Below, piece after piece: positions 37,029 through 47,677 of a stretch of DNA of 60,201 nucleotides. Position 1 is the stretch's first letter. The number at the start of each line of letters is the position of its first letter. The notes under the pieces are model-generated. The model made no database searches. It was not told the origin of the DNA and worked only from the letters and a program-made list of their open reading frames with translations. The stretch comes from Candidatus Onthoplasma sp. (lineage in GTDB: Bacteria; Bacillota; Clostridia; Christensenellales; UBA1242), in NCBI GenBank assembly GCA_045637825.1, contig JAZUAD010000024.1, positions 1-60,201 on the forward strand. Reading direction: 5' to 3'. Made by a program: the position numbers and the translations under genes.

Positions 37029-38819
37029 GTGCAAATGATAAATAAAGGATTTAGCCAAGCATTCTTGGACGAGTTGATAGCCAAAAATGATATTGTGTCC
37101 GTTATGTCCAAATATATTACATTGACTAGGCGTGGTGGAAACTACTGGGCGTGTTGTCCATTTCATATGGAAAAGACGCCGTCAATGTCAATTAAGGAAG
37201 ACGGGCAGTTTTTTAAGTGCTTTGGTTGCGGTGAGGGCGGAAATGTTATTACCTTTGTACGCAAGATTGAAGATGTGGATTTTGTAAAGGCAGTTGAAAT
37301 TTTGGCTAAAAATGCTGGGATGCAAATGCCAGAATATCAAGATAGCGATGAAATGCGTAAGAAAAAGCAAGCACGTGATAGAATTTTATCAGTATTAAAG
37401 GCAACTAGTGAGTTTTATATTAGCAATCTAAACAAGATTGAGGCAAATAAGCATATTGACTATATTCGCAAACGTGGACTTAGCGATGAAATGGTAACTA
37501 AATTTAAAATTGGTGCTTCTACTGATTTTTATAGTTTGATTAAGCATTTGCGTGGGCTTGGTTTTACCGAAAAGGAAATGATAGATAGCGGTGTTGCGGG
37601 CAAAAATGACGAAAATGGAAGTTTGTATGACTTTTATGGGACAAGACTGATATTCCCTATAATTAATGGACTTGGTGAAGTGGTTGGCTTTAGTGGCCGA
37701 GACCTAAGCAACGACCCTCAACGAGCAAAATATAAAAACACGCCTCAAACCTTAGTATTTAACAAAAGTAATTTGATATATGGTTATCATTTTTTAAGAG
37801 AACTTAAAAAACAAAAGATGTTAGATAGTATTTTATTGGTGGAAGGGCAGATGGACGTAATTGCTTGCCATCAAGCAGGGGTTAATAGTGCCATAGGCGT
37901 TATGGGAACTGCACTTACTGCTAATCACGCAAGAGATTTAAGATATTTAACCAACGATATTATAGTTTGTCTTGATGGTGACAAGGCGGGCGAGGGTGCA
38001 ACTTATAAAGCGCTGGAAATATTAAAACAGGCGGGTATGAACGTGAAAGTGGTACGTTTAACCAAGGCAAAAGACCCTGATGAATACATTAAAAAGTTTG
38101 GTACTGAAGCATTTATTGATGAACTATTTAAAGCGGGCGATTATATGGAATTTATATTGCTAGATTTGGCAAAAAAATACGATATATCTAATCGTGCTGA
38201 TAGAAACAAATATATAAATGACGCTATTGATTATTTATCAAGGTTATCTACCTCCTATGAGCAAGAAATATATTTGCCTGTATTAAAAGAAGTGGTTAAA
38301 GTGCCTATTGAAACCTTGCGAAACTCCTTGCACGGAGCAAGAGAACAGTATTCAAAAACTGAAACTGAGGAAGATATAGAATTAAAAACTAATGCCTATG
38401 AACCTATTGCAAAGATTTGCATTTTGGCTAGTTTGTTGTATGGAAAAACCTCTCAAACCTTAAATTATGAGGACTTGTTTGATGAAAAAGATGAATATGG
38501 ACAGGTTTTTGCTTATATTTTAGATAAAATTAGCAATAATCAAGATATAAATATTTCAACTATATATTCAAGTTTTGATATTGAAAAGGATAGCGTATGG
38601 GACAAGGTTATTAATTATAACTTTCCTGATGAACAAGTGTTTTATAAATATTTAAGAGATTGTGAATATCGCCTAAGAATTAATAAATTTACTAAGGCAA
38701 AACAACAACTTAAATCAAAGCTAAGCTTATCTATGAATTTAGATGAAAAATATGATTGTTTGGCTAGACTAGAACTTTTAGATGACCAAATAGCAAAAAT
38801 GGAAAAGGAAATAAAATGA
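37029..38819 (+). CDS. dnaG: DNA primase
   Basis: CPFH..KTPS..FKCFGC zinc finger, KYKNTP, VEGQMDV and LDGD.AG TOPRIM motifs; start may be ATG 37035. Confidence 0.97.
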   Translation: MQMINKGFSQAFLDELIAKNDIVSVMSKYITLTRRGGNYWACCPFHMEKTPSMSIKEDGQFFKCFGCGEGGNVITFVRKIEDVDFVKAVEILAKNAGMQMPEYQDSDEMRKKKQARDRILSVLKATSEFYISNLNKIEANKHIDYIRKRGLSDEMVTKFKIGASTDFYSLIKHLRGLGFTEKEMIDSGVAGKNDENGSLYDFYGTRLIFPIINGLGEVVGFSGRDLSNDPQRAKYKNTPQTLVFNKSNLIYGYHFLRELKKQKMLDSILLVEGQMDVIACHQAGVNSAIGVMGTALTANHARDLRYLTNDIIVCLDGDKAGEGATYKALEILKQAGMNVKVVRLTKAKDPDEYIKKFGTEAFIDELFKAGDYMEFILLDLAKKYDISNRADRNKYINDAIDYLSRLSTSYEQEIYLPVLKEVVKVPIETLRNSLHGAREQYSKTETEEDIELKTNAYEPIAKICILASLLYGKTSQTLNYEDLFDEKDEYGQVFAYILDKISNNQDINISTIYSSFDIEKDSVWDKVINYNFPDEQVFYKYLRDCEYRLRINKFTKAKQQLKSKLSLSMNLDEKYDCLARLELLDDQIAKMEKEIK

Positions 38820-39340
38820 TACAAATAGATACAAGTGATATTTTATATAAAACCTTGCAAAAATTAGGCGAGGAAGATGTAGATAATAAATATTTATATT
38901 TTGCCGGCGAAGGTATAGCAACTTTAAAAGACTTTAATAATTATTTGCAATCTCAGTTAGGTATGGATTATGTGGGTGAGTTTGATGAAAATTGTTTTGA
39001 GGAAGTGGTGGACTATTATACAGATTTGAAACTACACAAAGCACCTCCTAAAAGTCAATTAAATAAGTTATTAAAGAAATATAAAGAAAATCCTAACGCA
39101 GAACTTAAGGCAGATATAATAAATTCGCAATTAAAGGAAGTGCTGTTAATAGCGTGCGCTTATAAATTATGTCATACAGAAATAAATTTAGGCGATTTAG
39201 TTCAAATATGCAATTTGGGACTAATTAATGCGGTTGACAAATATAATATTAATTCAAAATTGGCTTTTGAAACCTACTTGAATTACTGGATATTAGATGC
39301 AATAAATAAAGAATTTACACAAGGAGAAAAAAATGAATAA
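38816..39340 (+). CDS. truncated sigma-70-like protein (regions 1.2 and 2 only)
   Basis: [16 protein letters not shown]...[17 protein letters not shown]...FETYLNYWI aligns with SigA region 2; overlaps the dnaG stop and the sigA start. Confidence 0.75.
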   Translation: MIQIDTSDILYKTLQKLGEEDVDNKYLYFAGEGIATLKDFNNYLQSQLGMDYVGEFDENCFEEVVDYYTDLKLHKAPPKSQLNKLLKKYKENPNAELKADIINSQLKEVLLIACAYKLCHTEINLGDLVQICNLGLINAVDKYNINSKLAFETYLNYWILDAINKEFTQGEKNE

Positions 39341-40445
39341 AAGTTTAAAAGAAATTGTAACAACAATATTGGACGCAATTCATAAAAAGGGACAAGATAG
39401 CATTAAGGAAGATGTTTTATGTATGAAACTTGACTCACATAATTTAACAGTGGAGCAAGTGGAAGAAGTTAAGCAAGAATTAATTAAACAAGGCATCAAA
39501 ATAATAGATGAAATTCCAGATAATATTATTGATGACAAGGAGTTTGATGACATTGTTAGCCAAGTAAATGTTAACGACCCTGTTAAAATGTATTTAAAGG
39601 ATATTGGTCGTTTACCTTTGCTTACTGCCGAAGAGGAACGTGAATTAAGCAAAACCTTGCAAGAAGGTGGCGAAAAAGCAGCGTATGCTCGTAACCGTTT
39701 GATTGAAAGTAACTTGCGTTTAGTGGTTAGTATTGCTAAACGTTATCAAAACAAGTATAATATGCAATTTTTGGACCTTATTCAAGAAGGTAATTTAGGT
39801 CTTAGCCGTGCGGTTGAAAAGTTTGACTACACTAAGGGTTACAAATTTTCTACTTATGGTACTTGGTGGATTCGTCAAAGTATTACTCGTGCTATTTCTG
39901 ATCAAGCGCACACAATTCGTATTCCAGTGCATATGGTAGAAACTATTTCTCGTCAACGTCGTGCCGAACGTGAGTTGACACAAGAACTAGGTCGTGAACC
40001 AAGTTTGGAAGAAATTGCTGAAAGATTAGGCACTACTGTTCAAAAAGTTGCTGAAATTCAACGTATTTCACAAGACCCAATTTCGCTAGAAAGTAAAATT
40101 GGTCACGAGGAAGATAGTAAGGTGGGCGATTTGGTAGTAGATGAAACTGCCTTATCTCCACACGATGTAGCAATGCAAAATATGTTAAAGCAACAACTTA
40201 TGAGTGTGCTAGAAACTTTAACACCAAGAGAACAAAAAGTTATTCGTCTTCGTTATGGATTGGACGATTCGCACCCTCGTACATTGGAAGAAGTTGGTCG
40301 TGAATTTAGCGTTACACGTGAACGTATCCGTCAAATTGAAGCCAAGGCCTTGCGTAAACTTCGTCAACCTTCAAAATTAAAGAAATTATTAGTAGATGAA
40401 GATGATGATAAGGATAAGGGAACATTGTGGGGTAGACGTATTTAG
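39333..40445 (+). CDS. sigA: RNA polymerase primary sigma factor SigA/RpoD
   Basis: [46 protein letters not shown] and TRERIRQIE motifs. Confidence 0.98.
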   Translation: MNKSLKEIVTTILDAIHKKGQDSIKEDVLCMKLDSHNLTVEQVEEVKQELIKQGIKIIDEIPDNIIDDKEFDDIVSQVNVNDPVKMYLKDIGRLPLLTAEEERELSKTLQEGGEKAAYARNRLIESNLRLVVSIAKRYQNKYNMQFLDLIQEGNLGLSRAVEKFDYTKGYKFSTYGTWWIRQSITRAISDQAHTIRIPVHMVETISRQRRAERELTQELGREPSLEEIAERLGTTVQKVAEIQRISQDPISLESKIGHEEDSKVGDLVVDETALSPHDVAMQNMLKQQLMSVLETLTPREQKVIRLRYGLDDSHPRTLEEVGREFSVTRERIRQIEAKALRKLRQPSKLKKLLVDEDDDKDKGTLWGRRI

Positions 40446-40494
40446 TGTTTGAACTAAATGTATTGCAAAAAATAAAACTTAAAAGGATAAATAT

Positions 40495-41196
40495 ATGAAA
40501 AATATTTTAAAAATTCAAGAATTGGAAGCAAAAATTAAATCTTTGGGTCAAAATAGTGAAAAAAGTGCTGAAAATCAATTGTATGACCGCCTTAAAGAAA
40601 GCAGAAAGGTCTTGTTAGATAGTTTTAATACAATTGATAAAAATGCTGAAACTTTGGCAAAGCAATTTAATCAAATTGCTAAAAAATATGAACAATTAAA
40701 TGCAAAATCTGAAATTACAGCTAAACAAAAACCAGAAATGATGGGTGTTAGTAATATCGGTGCTTTAGTGGAAGATGCTAATTATTTGACTAGTGAACTA
40801 GCAAAATTAGAACAAAAAATGCGTGAACTTAATAAAAATATTAATGATAACTTAGCACAATATAACAGAGCGTATGCTGAATTAAAAGATGTTACTATTA
40901 AAATGACCTCAATGAAGAAGACTTTAGATGTGCAAAAAGCAAACGTATTGCCAAAAATTCAAGAATTAGAAGAAGAAATTAAAAAGTTAGAACCAAAAGC
41001 AGACAAGGAATTGTATGCTAAATACAAGTCTATGCGTGCTGATAAAATTTTCCCAGTATTTGTGCATTTGTCAGGTAATCGTTGTGGCAACAATCGTTGT
41101 AGATTGGAGCAATCACTCAGTTTTATTGAAAATTTGAAAAAATCACGTATGTTGCCTTGTGAAAACTGTCGAAGTATTATTATAATTGATGATTAA
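40495..41196 (+). CDS. coiled-coil protein with C-terminal C4 zinc ribbon (DUF164-like)
   Basis: Long coiled coil followed by Y...R...CGNNRC...CENC.SI. Confidence 0.75.
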   Translation: MKNILKIQELEAKIKSLGQNSEKSAENQLYDRLKESRKVLLDSFNTIDKNAETLAKQFNQIAKKYEQLNAKSEITAKQKPEMMGVSNIGALVEDANYLTSELAKLEQKMRELNKNINDNLAQYNRAYAELKDVTIKMTSMKKTLDVQKANVLPKIQELEEEIKKLEPKADKELYAKYKSMRADKIFPVFVHLSGNRCGNNRCRLEQSLSFIENLKKSRMLPCENCRSIIIIDD

Positions 41197-41333
41197 TAAG
41201 CGAAACTTTTAAAAGTTAAATATATAAAAAATTGTTGAGAGAACATCTCAACTTTTTATTATATAAATTTTAATTAGGGTTATTGACAATTAATCAATTT
41301 ATGATATAATGAGCAAAAAGTAAGGAGTTAATA

Positions 41334-41855
41334 ATGCAAAGGGCTAGAGAAGGTGTAGTAGGCAATACTAAAATACAAATAATTGAAGAAAAAAACAGAT
41401 TTGGTAAGGACGTATATAAAGTGTTTTCTAAACAAAAGCACAAAAATATACATATACAAAGCGTTTATACTGAAAGAAGCAGTACTGCAGAAGATTTGGA
41501 GAATAAAACCTTTAAAAATATCAACTTTTTTATTGAAATAAAAGTATTTTCCAAGCAATCAAAAAATTCTAAATGTTATCAAATAAATGCGGGTAATTTA
41601 AGTACAAAATACAATAAAATTAGTAGGTTGTTTCACAATGATTGCTTAGAAGTTTTACCTAATAGTGAAGAATATGAAAACTTAAAACAATTATTAAAAT
41701 TGATTGAACAATATTTTGATTATTACACAATACGATTTATTGAAAGTGCTGTAAAAATAGTTGAAAACAAGAAAACTATTGACACTACACCACAATTTGT
41801 AATAGACACTACTTACCTTGTAAAATCAACAGTTGATTTGCAAGAAATGAATTAA
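41334..41855 (+). CDS. hypothetical ORFan protein
   Basis: TTGACA/TGATATAAT promoter, SD AAGGAG, and a terminator shared with the convergent gene. Confidence 0.7.
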   Translation: MQRAREGVVGNTKIQIIEEKNRFGKDVYKVFSKQKHKNIHIQSVYTERSSTAEDLENKTFKNINFFIEIKVFSKQSKNSKCYQINAGNLSTKYNKISRLFHNDCLEVLPNSEEYENLKQLLKLIEQYFDYYTIRFIESAVKIVENKKTIDTTPQFVIDTTYLVKSTVDLQEMN

Positions 41856-41893
41856 AAAAGCACTCAAATTAACAAGAGTGTTTTTTTTAAGTT

Positions 41894-42343
41894 TTAGATT
41901 CCATAAAACTTTTTATATAACTTTTTGTGACAGTCTTCAAAACCTTCAAGATAAAAACTTAGATAATCGTTTACGTGTTCTACAGTTTTAGTATCTTTTA
42001 AATATATTAATTTAGCAATATAAATATAATCTTTTTCTTTAATTCGGCCTAATTTTAATTTTATAACGTCCATAAGATTTTCTTGAGCAACTGTATTACG
42101 AGAGGTTGCAAGAATAATGCAAGTACGTAACAAATCCTCTCTAGAAGTATATGTAGCATAAAGGTTTAAGTCATGAAATAAACTATGGCGAAAATCTTGT
42201 CCGTATTTATCTTTATGAGATTTAGAAGTTTGAACACTAGTATTTAACAAACGTTTAATATAACGACTTTCGTTATTAACTTTTAACAAGTTTTCATTAA
42301 TACGATTGCGAATAAAACTTTCTCTTGGTACAAATTCGTTCAT
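41894..42343 (-). CDS. hypothetical ORFan protein (149 aa)
   Basis: SD AAAGGAG before ATG 42343 (track start 42409); TTGACA/TACAAT promoter. Confidence 0.7.
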   Translation of the reverse strand: MNEFVPRESFIRNRINENLLKVNNESRYIKRLLNTSVQTSKSHKDKYGQDFRHSLFHDLNLYATYTSREDLLRTCIILATSRNTVAQENLMDVIKLKLGRIKEKDYIYIAKLIYLKDTKTVEHVNDYLSFYLEGFEDCHKKLYKKFYGI

Positions 42344-42541
42344 TAACAGTCTCCTTTTAATCAAAATGCTGGTATATTGTAACATATATTTTAAATTTGT
42401 CAATACCATTTTGCAAAAAATAATAGGGTTTATAGTTTAGTTATTAAATAGTATAAAATATATGTACAATTTTAAATTTGTATATTGACAAATGTGGCAT
42501 TTATGGTATAATTGCCATAGATAAAAGGTGTAGGAGAGTGT

Positions 42542-43036
42542 ATGGGACAATATATAGTTAATTTATTTCAAGATATGACACTACTAACAGCGGTATTGCT
42601 AGGTGCGGGCTTTATATTGTGCGTGGTGGAAGTGTTTGTGCCAAAAGTGGGTTTATCGGGCTTGTTAGGTTTAGCATTACTTGGTACCGGCTTAAGTTCT
42701 TATTACATTGATGGCTTTAAGGTGTCACAACTGATTAGTTTGCTTTCAATTATTGCCTTAATACTTACCTTGTTTATTATGATAGAATTGATTTTGGAAA
42801 GCAAAGGCGTTATTAAAAATCCTAACAGATACAAATTTCGTACATATAATATTGCGATTAGCATATATGACTTGGTTGGCAAAAGAGGTAAAGCAATTAC
42901 CAATATTGACCTGGGAGGAACGGTTGAGGTAGCAGGCAAACTATATTATGCCACCACTTCTACAACAATATTGGCGGGACAATTTGTACAAATTATAGGC
43001 GTTAATAACAACGCTTTGATAGTAAAAGGAGAATAG
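42542..43036 (+). CDS. NfeD family membrane protein (short form)
   Basis: E.FVP..G..G TM segments plus LVGKRGKA.T.I..GG.VEV OB-fold; upstream of floA. Confidence 0.85.
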   Translation: MGQYIVNLFQDMTLLTAVLLGAGFILCVVEVFVPKVGLSGLLGLALLGTGLSSYYIDGFKVSQLISLLSIIALILTLFIMIELILESKGVIKNPNRYKFRTYNIAISIYDLVGKRGKAITNIDLGGTVEVAGKLYYATTSTTILAGQFVQIIGVNNNALIVKGE

Positions 43037-43039
43037 ATT

Positions 43040-44074
43040 ATGAATAGTTTATTAGCATTACCTGTAGGGGCTTGGATAGCCATTGTTATTGCCTTAGTGC
43101 TATTGGTTGCATTAATGGTTGTAATATTTATAATGGTGCCAATGCAAACTTGGTTTAGGGCTTTGATGTCAGGCGCTCATATCAGTATGTTTAGATTGGT
43201 TGGTATGAAAATGCGTAAGGTTGATTACAAAAAGATTGTTAATCAATATATTTTAGCGCGCAAGGCAGGTATTAAAATTTATGATAGCGAAATTGAAACT
43301 CACCTTATGGCAGGTGGCGACATTGAAAAAGTTATAGATGCGCTTATTGCAGCACACAGTGCAAAACTTAATTTAACTATTGAGGAAGCAATGGCTATAG
43401 ACCTTGCTGGTAGAGATGTGGTTTTGGCAGTGCAAACTAGTGTTAAACCTAGGGTTATTAAAACTGACCGCATTTCGGCTATTGCTAAGGACGGAATTGA
43501 AGTTAAAGTTATTGCTCAAGTAACAATAAAGGCAAAATTAGACCGCATTATTGGTGGTGCTGATGAGGAAACAATTTTGGCCCGTGTTGGAGAGAGTGTG
43601 GTAGCAAGCGTAGGACAAGGTCCAACACATGGTGCTATTATGGCTAACCCATCAATCATTTCAAAGGGTATGAATCCAAGAGAAATTGAAAAGGGTACTG
43701 CTTTTGAAATTATGTCAATAGATATTTGTGATATTGATGTTGGTGAAAATGTGGGTTCTAAACTTCGCATTGATGAAGCAGAGGCGAAAAAGCGTATTTC
43801 TCAAGCAGCAGCTGAAGAACGTAAGGCACAAGCAATTGCTCACGAGCAAGAAATGAAAGCAAAAACTCAAGAAATGAAAGCAGTAGTTCTTGCTGCTGAA
43901 TCTAAGGTACACGAAGCAATGGCAGAAGCTTTAAAGAAAGGCAAAGTAGGTGTTATGGATTACTATAAAATGCAAAATGTACAAGCAGATACTAATATGC
44001 GCAACTCATTTAGCAATAGTAAGGAAAATAAGGAAAAACCTGAGCGTCCAGACCATCGTGGCGGTATGATGTAG
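43040..44074 (+). CDS. floA: flotillin-like protein FloA (YqfA)
   Basis: LVGMKMRKV, ETHLMAGG, AIDLAGRDV, GGADEETILARVGE and MDYYKMQN motifs. Confidence 0.95.
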   Translation: MNSLLALPVGAWIAIVIALVLLVALMVVIFIMVPMQTWFRALMSGAHISMFRLVGMKMRKVDYKKIVNQYILARKAGIKIYDSEIETHLMAGGDIEKVIDALIAAHSAKLNLTIEEAMAIDLAGRDVVLAVQTSVKPRVIKTDRISAIAKDGIEVKVIAQVTIKAKLDRIIGGADEETILARVGESVVASVGQGPTHGAIMANPSIISKGMNPREIEKGTAFEIMSIDICDIDVGENVGSKLRIDEAEAKKRISQAAAEERKAQAIAHEQEMKAKTQEMKAVVLAAESKVHEAMAEALKKGKVGVMDYYKMQNVQADTNMRNSFSNSKENKEKPERPDHRGGMM

Positions 44075-44075
44075 G

Positions 44076-44612
44076 TTGCCTATGTTAGTGTGGGTGGTTT
44101 TAACTGCAGTTGTAATAATTGTTATAGCGTTTGTTGTTAAAGCAATTAAAACAATGTTAAAGATTGAAAATGAATCTAACGAAAAAGCGAGTGTTGAACC
44201 AATAACTCCTAAAGTTAATGAAGAATACAAACCTGAAAGTTCAGCTATCGACCTACAATCTTCAAACAATACAATTATGACCGATATGTCAGCAGATAGT
44301 AGTAAGGAATTAAATTCATTAGATGTATATCCTATGCCTAGTTCGGGGTTTAGCGATAATATTGATAACGAATTTGAGGATTTTAGAAAGTATGCACGTA
44401 GCGGTAAAAAGGGCAGACGACGTATGCCAGAGGATTTTGATATGGAAGGGGAAATGGCAGATGAATATATCCCATCTTCGCCAGATTTTAGTTATTTGCC
44501 CAAACGTCAACCTAAAAAGAAAAAGGCGCTCTCAACTGAACTTAATGAGTTGCCTACTGAATTAAAAGTTCTTATGCTAAGCGATATATTTGATAGAAAG
44601 TTTTTTGACTAA
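44076..44612 (+). CDS. membrane-anchored hypothetical protein (position of YqfB)
   Basis: N-terminal TM, disordered middle, LMLSDIFDRK tail; coupled to floA. Confidence 0.65.
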   Translation: MPMLVWVVLTAVVIIVIAFVVKAIKTMLKIENESNEKASVEPITPKVNEEYKPESSAIDLQSSNNTIMTDMSADSSKELNSLDVYPMPSSGFSDNIDNEFEDFRKYARSGKKGRRRMPEDFDMEGEMADEYIPSSPDFSYLPKRQPKKKKALSTELNELPTELKVLMLSDIFDRKFFD

Positions 44613-44655
44613 AGTGTATATAAATATAGTAATTTAGTTTTAAAGGAGACAAGTA

Positions 44656-45189
44656 ATGACATATGAAGAATATAAGCAGGGTTTGAAAAATTTGCAAGTG
44701 CGTTCATATCTTGATATTAGGCATTATAACCAACAAGTAACCAAAGAGTGCGATTTTAAGGTTGAATTGCAACAATTATTAGATAATTTGGCTAAAGAAA
44801 AAAATACATCGCAAGATAAAGTAAAGGCGTATATAAATCTTGTAGATTGGTTTGCAGATAGAAAAACACGTAGAGGGTTTTTAGGAATTATAGATATTGA
44901 TATTGAATTATATAACGACAAATATGGCAAACCTGTAATTGAAAAGATGGGTAAATTTAGAGCCGATGACAATACTAAATTTACAGATGGCTCTACCTTG
45001 TATCAAAATACCTATTATTATAGTGATTATGGTAGAAATGAACTTAGATTATTGCCAGATACTGACTTGGGTAAAATTATTATACCTATAGAAGTTGACC
45101 AAGAATATATGGAATATCCTATATTTGTAAAAGCTTTATTTAAGTGCGATATAATTGAAAATGAACAAACTCAAAACTTTGCTAAATAA
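44656..45189 (+). CDS. hypothetical ORFan protein (ends ...TQNFAK)
   Basis: SD AAGGAG; followed by a terminator; interrupts the floA-yqfC region. Confidence 0.75.
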   Translation: MTYEEYKQGLKNLQVRSYLDIRHYNQQVTKECDFKVELQQLLDNLAKEKNTSQDKVKAYINLVDWFADRKTRRGFLGIIDIDIELYNDKYGKPVIEKMGKFRADDNTKFTDGSTLYQNTYYYSDYGRNELRLLPDTDLGKIIIPIEVDQEYMEYPIFVKALFKCDIIENEQTQNFAK

Positions 45190-45249
45190 TATCAAAATGC
45201 TAAATTTAAAGTTTAGCATTTTTTTATTGTATTTTTAATATATTTAAGT

Positions 45250-45507
45250 ATGTTATTAGATGAATTAGATAATTATATAACGCAAGAATTAGGCGTTACC
45301 TTAAAAGAATATCGCTATATTAATATTGGTGGCAAAATGGTGTATATTGAAGGGCAAAACGGGATAGAGACTTTAACTCGTGATGAAATTAGTTTTAAGG
45401 TGCGCAAAAAACAATGCACAATCAAAGGCAGTGACCTTTACATTAAATATTACGACAATAGTACGGCTTTAGTATGTGGTAGCATAGTTAGTGTGGTGGT
45501 ATTATGA
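45250..45507 (+). CDS. yqfC: YabP/YqfC family sporulation protein
   Basis: IGGKMVYIEG..GI and IKGSDLYI...VCGSI motifs; directly upstream of yqfD. Confidence 0.75.
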   Translation: MLLDELDNYITQELGVTLKEYRYINIGGKMVYIEGQNGIETLTRDEISFKVRKKQCTIKGSDLYIKYYDNSTALVCGSIVSVVVL

Positions 45508-46604
45508 AACCATTAGTAAAAATACGTGTTGTGGGTTATAATCTTGACCAACTACTTAACAAACTTCAAAATAAAAATATTATAGTGTATAACATTGAAC
45601 GATCGGAAAACAATGTTATGTTTTTTAGCATTAATTATAAGGACTTAAAACAAGTAAAACCGCTACTTAAAAATTACGAATATAATTTAAAATATCTTGG
45701 ATTAGCAAATTTAAAAAACTTTATCAAAAACAACTTGGCAATTTTATTAATTATTCCTTTTGCGCTTGTGTTGATGGCTTTTTCTACTAGACTTACGTGG
45801 AATATTAAAATTTATGGTGCAGAGGGAGAGTTGGATAGGCAGGTTATTAGCATATTAAAAGACAATAATATTAGCGTTGGAAAAGTTTTGCCACAAAATA
45901 CCGAAGATATTGAAAAAATATTACTTAATCAACTGCCAAATGTAGCTCAGGTAAGTTGCATAACTAGGGGAACCACTATAATAATTAATATTAGTAAAAA
46001 ATTAGTGTATGTTCCTGAGAGCTATGAACCTTTACGTGCTAGTTATAGTGGAGTTATTACCGGGTTTTCGTTGATTTCTGGAACAATGGCGGTTAATTGT
46101 GGTGATTTTGTAAATAATGGTGATATTTTAGTTTATCCTTTTGCTTTGGATAAAAATGGAAATCAAGTTAAAGTTGAACCGATTGCAGAGGTTAGGGCAA
46201 AGGTATATATTGTTGGCTCTTCTAAACTTAGTGCAACAACCACCGAACTGGTTAGGACAGGGCGAAAATATACAACATATAGTACAAAATTTTTAAACAC
46301 AAAATTATTTTCAAAAAAATATCAAAAACCATTTGATATTTATGAAAGTTGCGTGTATAATGAAAATATAAGTAGTGTGTTGCCTATTAAACGAACAAGG
46401 GTAATATATTATGAACTAGATTATGTTGTAGTTAACTATGACTTGGTGGCGGAGAAAGGTAGAATTGAGAGAGAAAGTATTGATTTGGCGTACCTTAATT
46501 TGCCTACAAATAGCGAGATTTTGGATGAACAAACCACAAGTCTAGTGATTAATGATACACTATATACAACCACAACTTTAACAATATCTACAATTATTAG
46601 TTAA
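45504..46604 (+). CDS. yqfD: stage IV sporulation protein YqfD-like
   Basis: W.IKIYG, RGTTIII, A...GVI......G...V..GDFV..GDILV and AEVRAKV motifs. Confidence 0.8.
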   Translation: MKPLVKIRVVGYNLDQLLNKLQNKNIIVYNIERSENNVMFFSINYKDLKQVKPLLKNYEYNLKYLGLANLKNFIKNNLAILLIIPFALVLMAFSTRLTWNIKIYGAEGELDRQVISILKDNNISVGKVLPQNTEDIEKILLNQLPNVAQVSCITRGTTIIINISKKLVYVPESYEPLRASYSGVITGFSLISGTMAVNCGDFVNNGDILVYPFALDKNGNQVKVEPIAEVRAKVYIVGSSKLSATTTELVRTGRKYTTYSTKFLNTKLFSKKYQKPFDIYESCVYNENISSVLPIKRTRVIYYELDYVVVNYDLVAEKGRIERESIDLAYLNLPTNSEILDEQTTSLVINDTLYTTTTLTISTIIS

Positions 46605-46681
46605 AAATTTTAGAAAAATATAATTAACGATATAAATTAGTAGATATACTTATTTGGTGTGCTTATAGCACGGAGGAAAAT

Positions 46682-47173
46682 ATGCTTAACGTTTATTCAA
46701 AAATACGTACATTTGATAATAGTATAATAAGAGACCTAGAAAGTGTTATCAAAACGGCTTTCAAGGTTTTAGGACAACCTACTAAGAATATTAAATATAA
46801 CCTTTACGTTGTGTCAAAGGCGTTTATTCACGACCTTAATTTGTCCACTCGTGGAGTAGATAAGGCAACTGATGTATTAAGTTATCCAACTACGAATATT
46901 AATGCTGGAGAGGTGCTTAATTTGGATAACTACCAGTTTGATATTGACCCTATGGATAATAGTTTATTGGTAGGCGAGATATTTATTTGTAACGAAGTGG
47001 CCAAAGCGCAAGCAAAGAAGTATAATCATAGTTTTAGGCGGGAGTTTTGCTTTTTGTTCCTACACGGCGTGTTGCATTGTTTGGGCTATGACCATATAGA
47101 GGAAAGTGACCGTAAAATTATGGAAGAAATGCAAACAAAAATATTAAATAAATGCAAAATTACGAGGGATTAA
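46682..47173 (+). CDS. ybeY: rRNA maturation RNase YbeY
   Basis: RGVDKATDVLSYP, GEIFIC and HGVLHCLGYDH motifs. Confidence 0.96.
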   Translation: MLNVYSKIRTFDNSIIRDLESVIKTAFKVLGQPTKNIKYNLYVVSKAFIHDLNLSTRGVDKATDVLSYPTTNINAGEVLNLDNYQFDIDPMDNSLLVGEIFICNEVAKAQAKKYNHSFRREFCFLFLHGVLHCLGYDHIEESDRKIMEEMQTKILNKCKITRD

Positions 47174-47189
47174 ATTTAGGGATATAACT

Positions 47190-47648
47190 ATGAAAGAATT
47201 AAGTAAAGATGCTATTGAAAAAGCAGCAATAAATGCAGAAGTGAAATTGATGCAAGAATGTAGAAGAAATTTTTCAAAACAAGCAGATGAAGTTATTGAA
47301 AAAATTAAAAGAGGTGAAAAGTCTAATGATGCGGATTATTTCATTTTATTGAACACTGACCAAAAGAAGATAGATGAAGCAATTAGATTGCAAGACATTA
47401 AGGATAGAATTGCAAAGGGTAGAATTAGACACGAAGATATCGACTTTTTAGTTAATTTATTAGGTAATGTTGGGGAATTTGATAAAGCATTAAGAAATGC
47501 ATTTTACATTAGGGGAGACCAAATGAATTTAATGTATGCTCAACAGAATCCTGACGAGTTTACTCCAGAAGAAATTGAACAAATGAAACAAAAACTTAGA
47601 GAGGGCAGAACCATTAAACAAGTTTTAGAAGAAGATTTAGTTAGATAG
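47190..47648 (+). CDS. hypothetical ORFan helical protein (ends ...EEDLVR)
   Basis: 152-aa ORF between ybeY and era; all 12 Arg codons are AGA/AGG (hand count). Confidence 0.75.
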   Translation: MKELSKDAIEKAAINAEVKLMQECRRNFSKQADEVIEKIKRGEKSNDADYFILLNTDQKKIDEAIRLQDIKDRIAKGRIRHEDIDFLVNLLGNVGEFDKALRNAFYIRGDQMNLMYAQQNPDEFTPEEIEQMKQKLREGRTIKQVLEEDLVR

Positions 47649-47677
47649 AATATTTTATAATTATTAAGGAAGTATAA

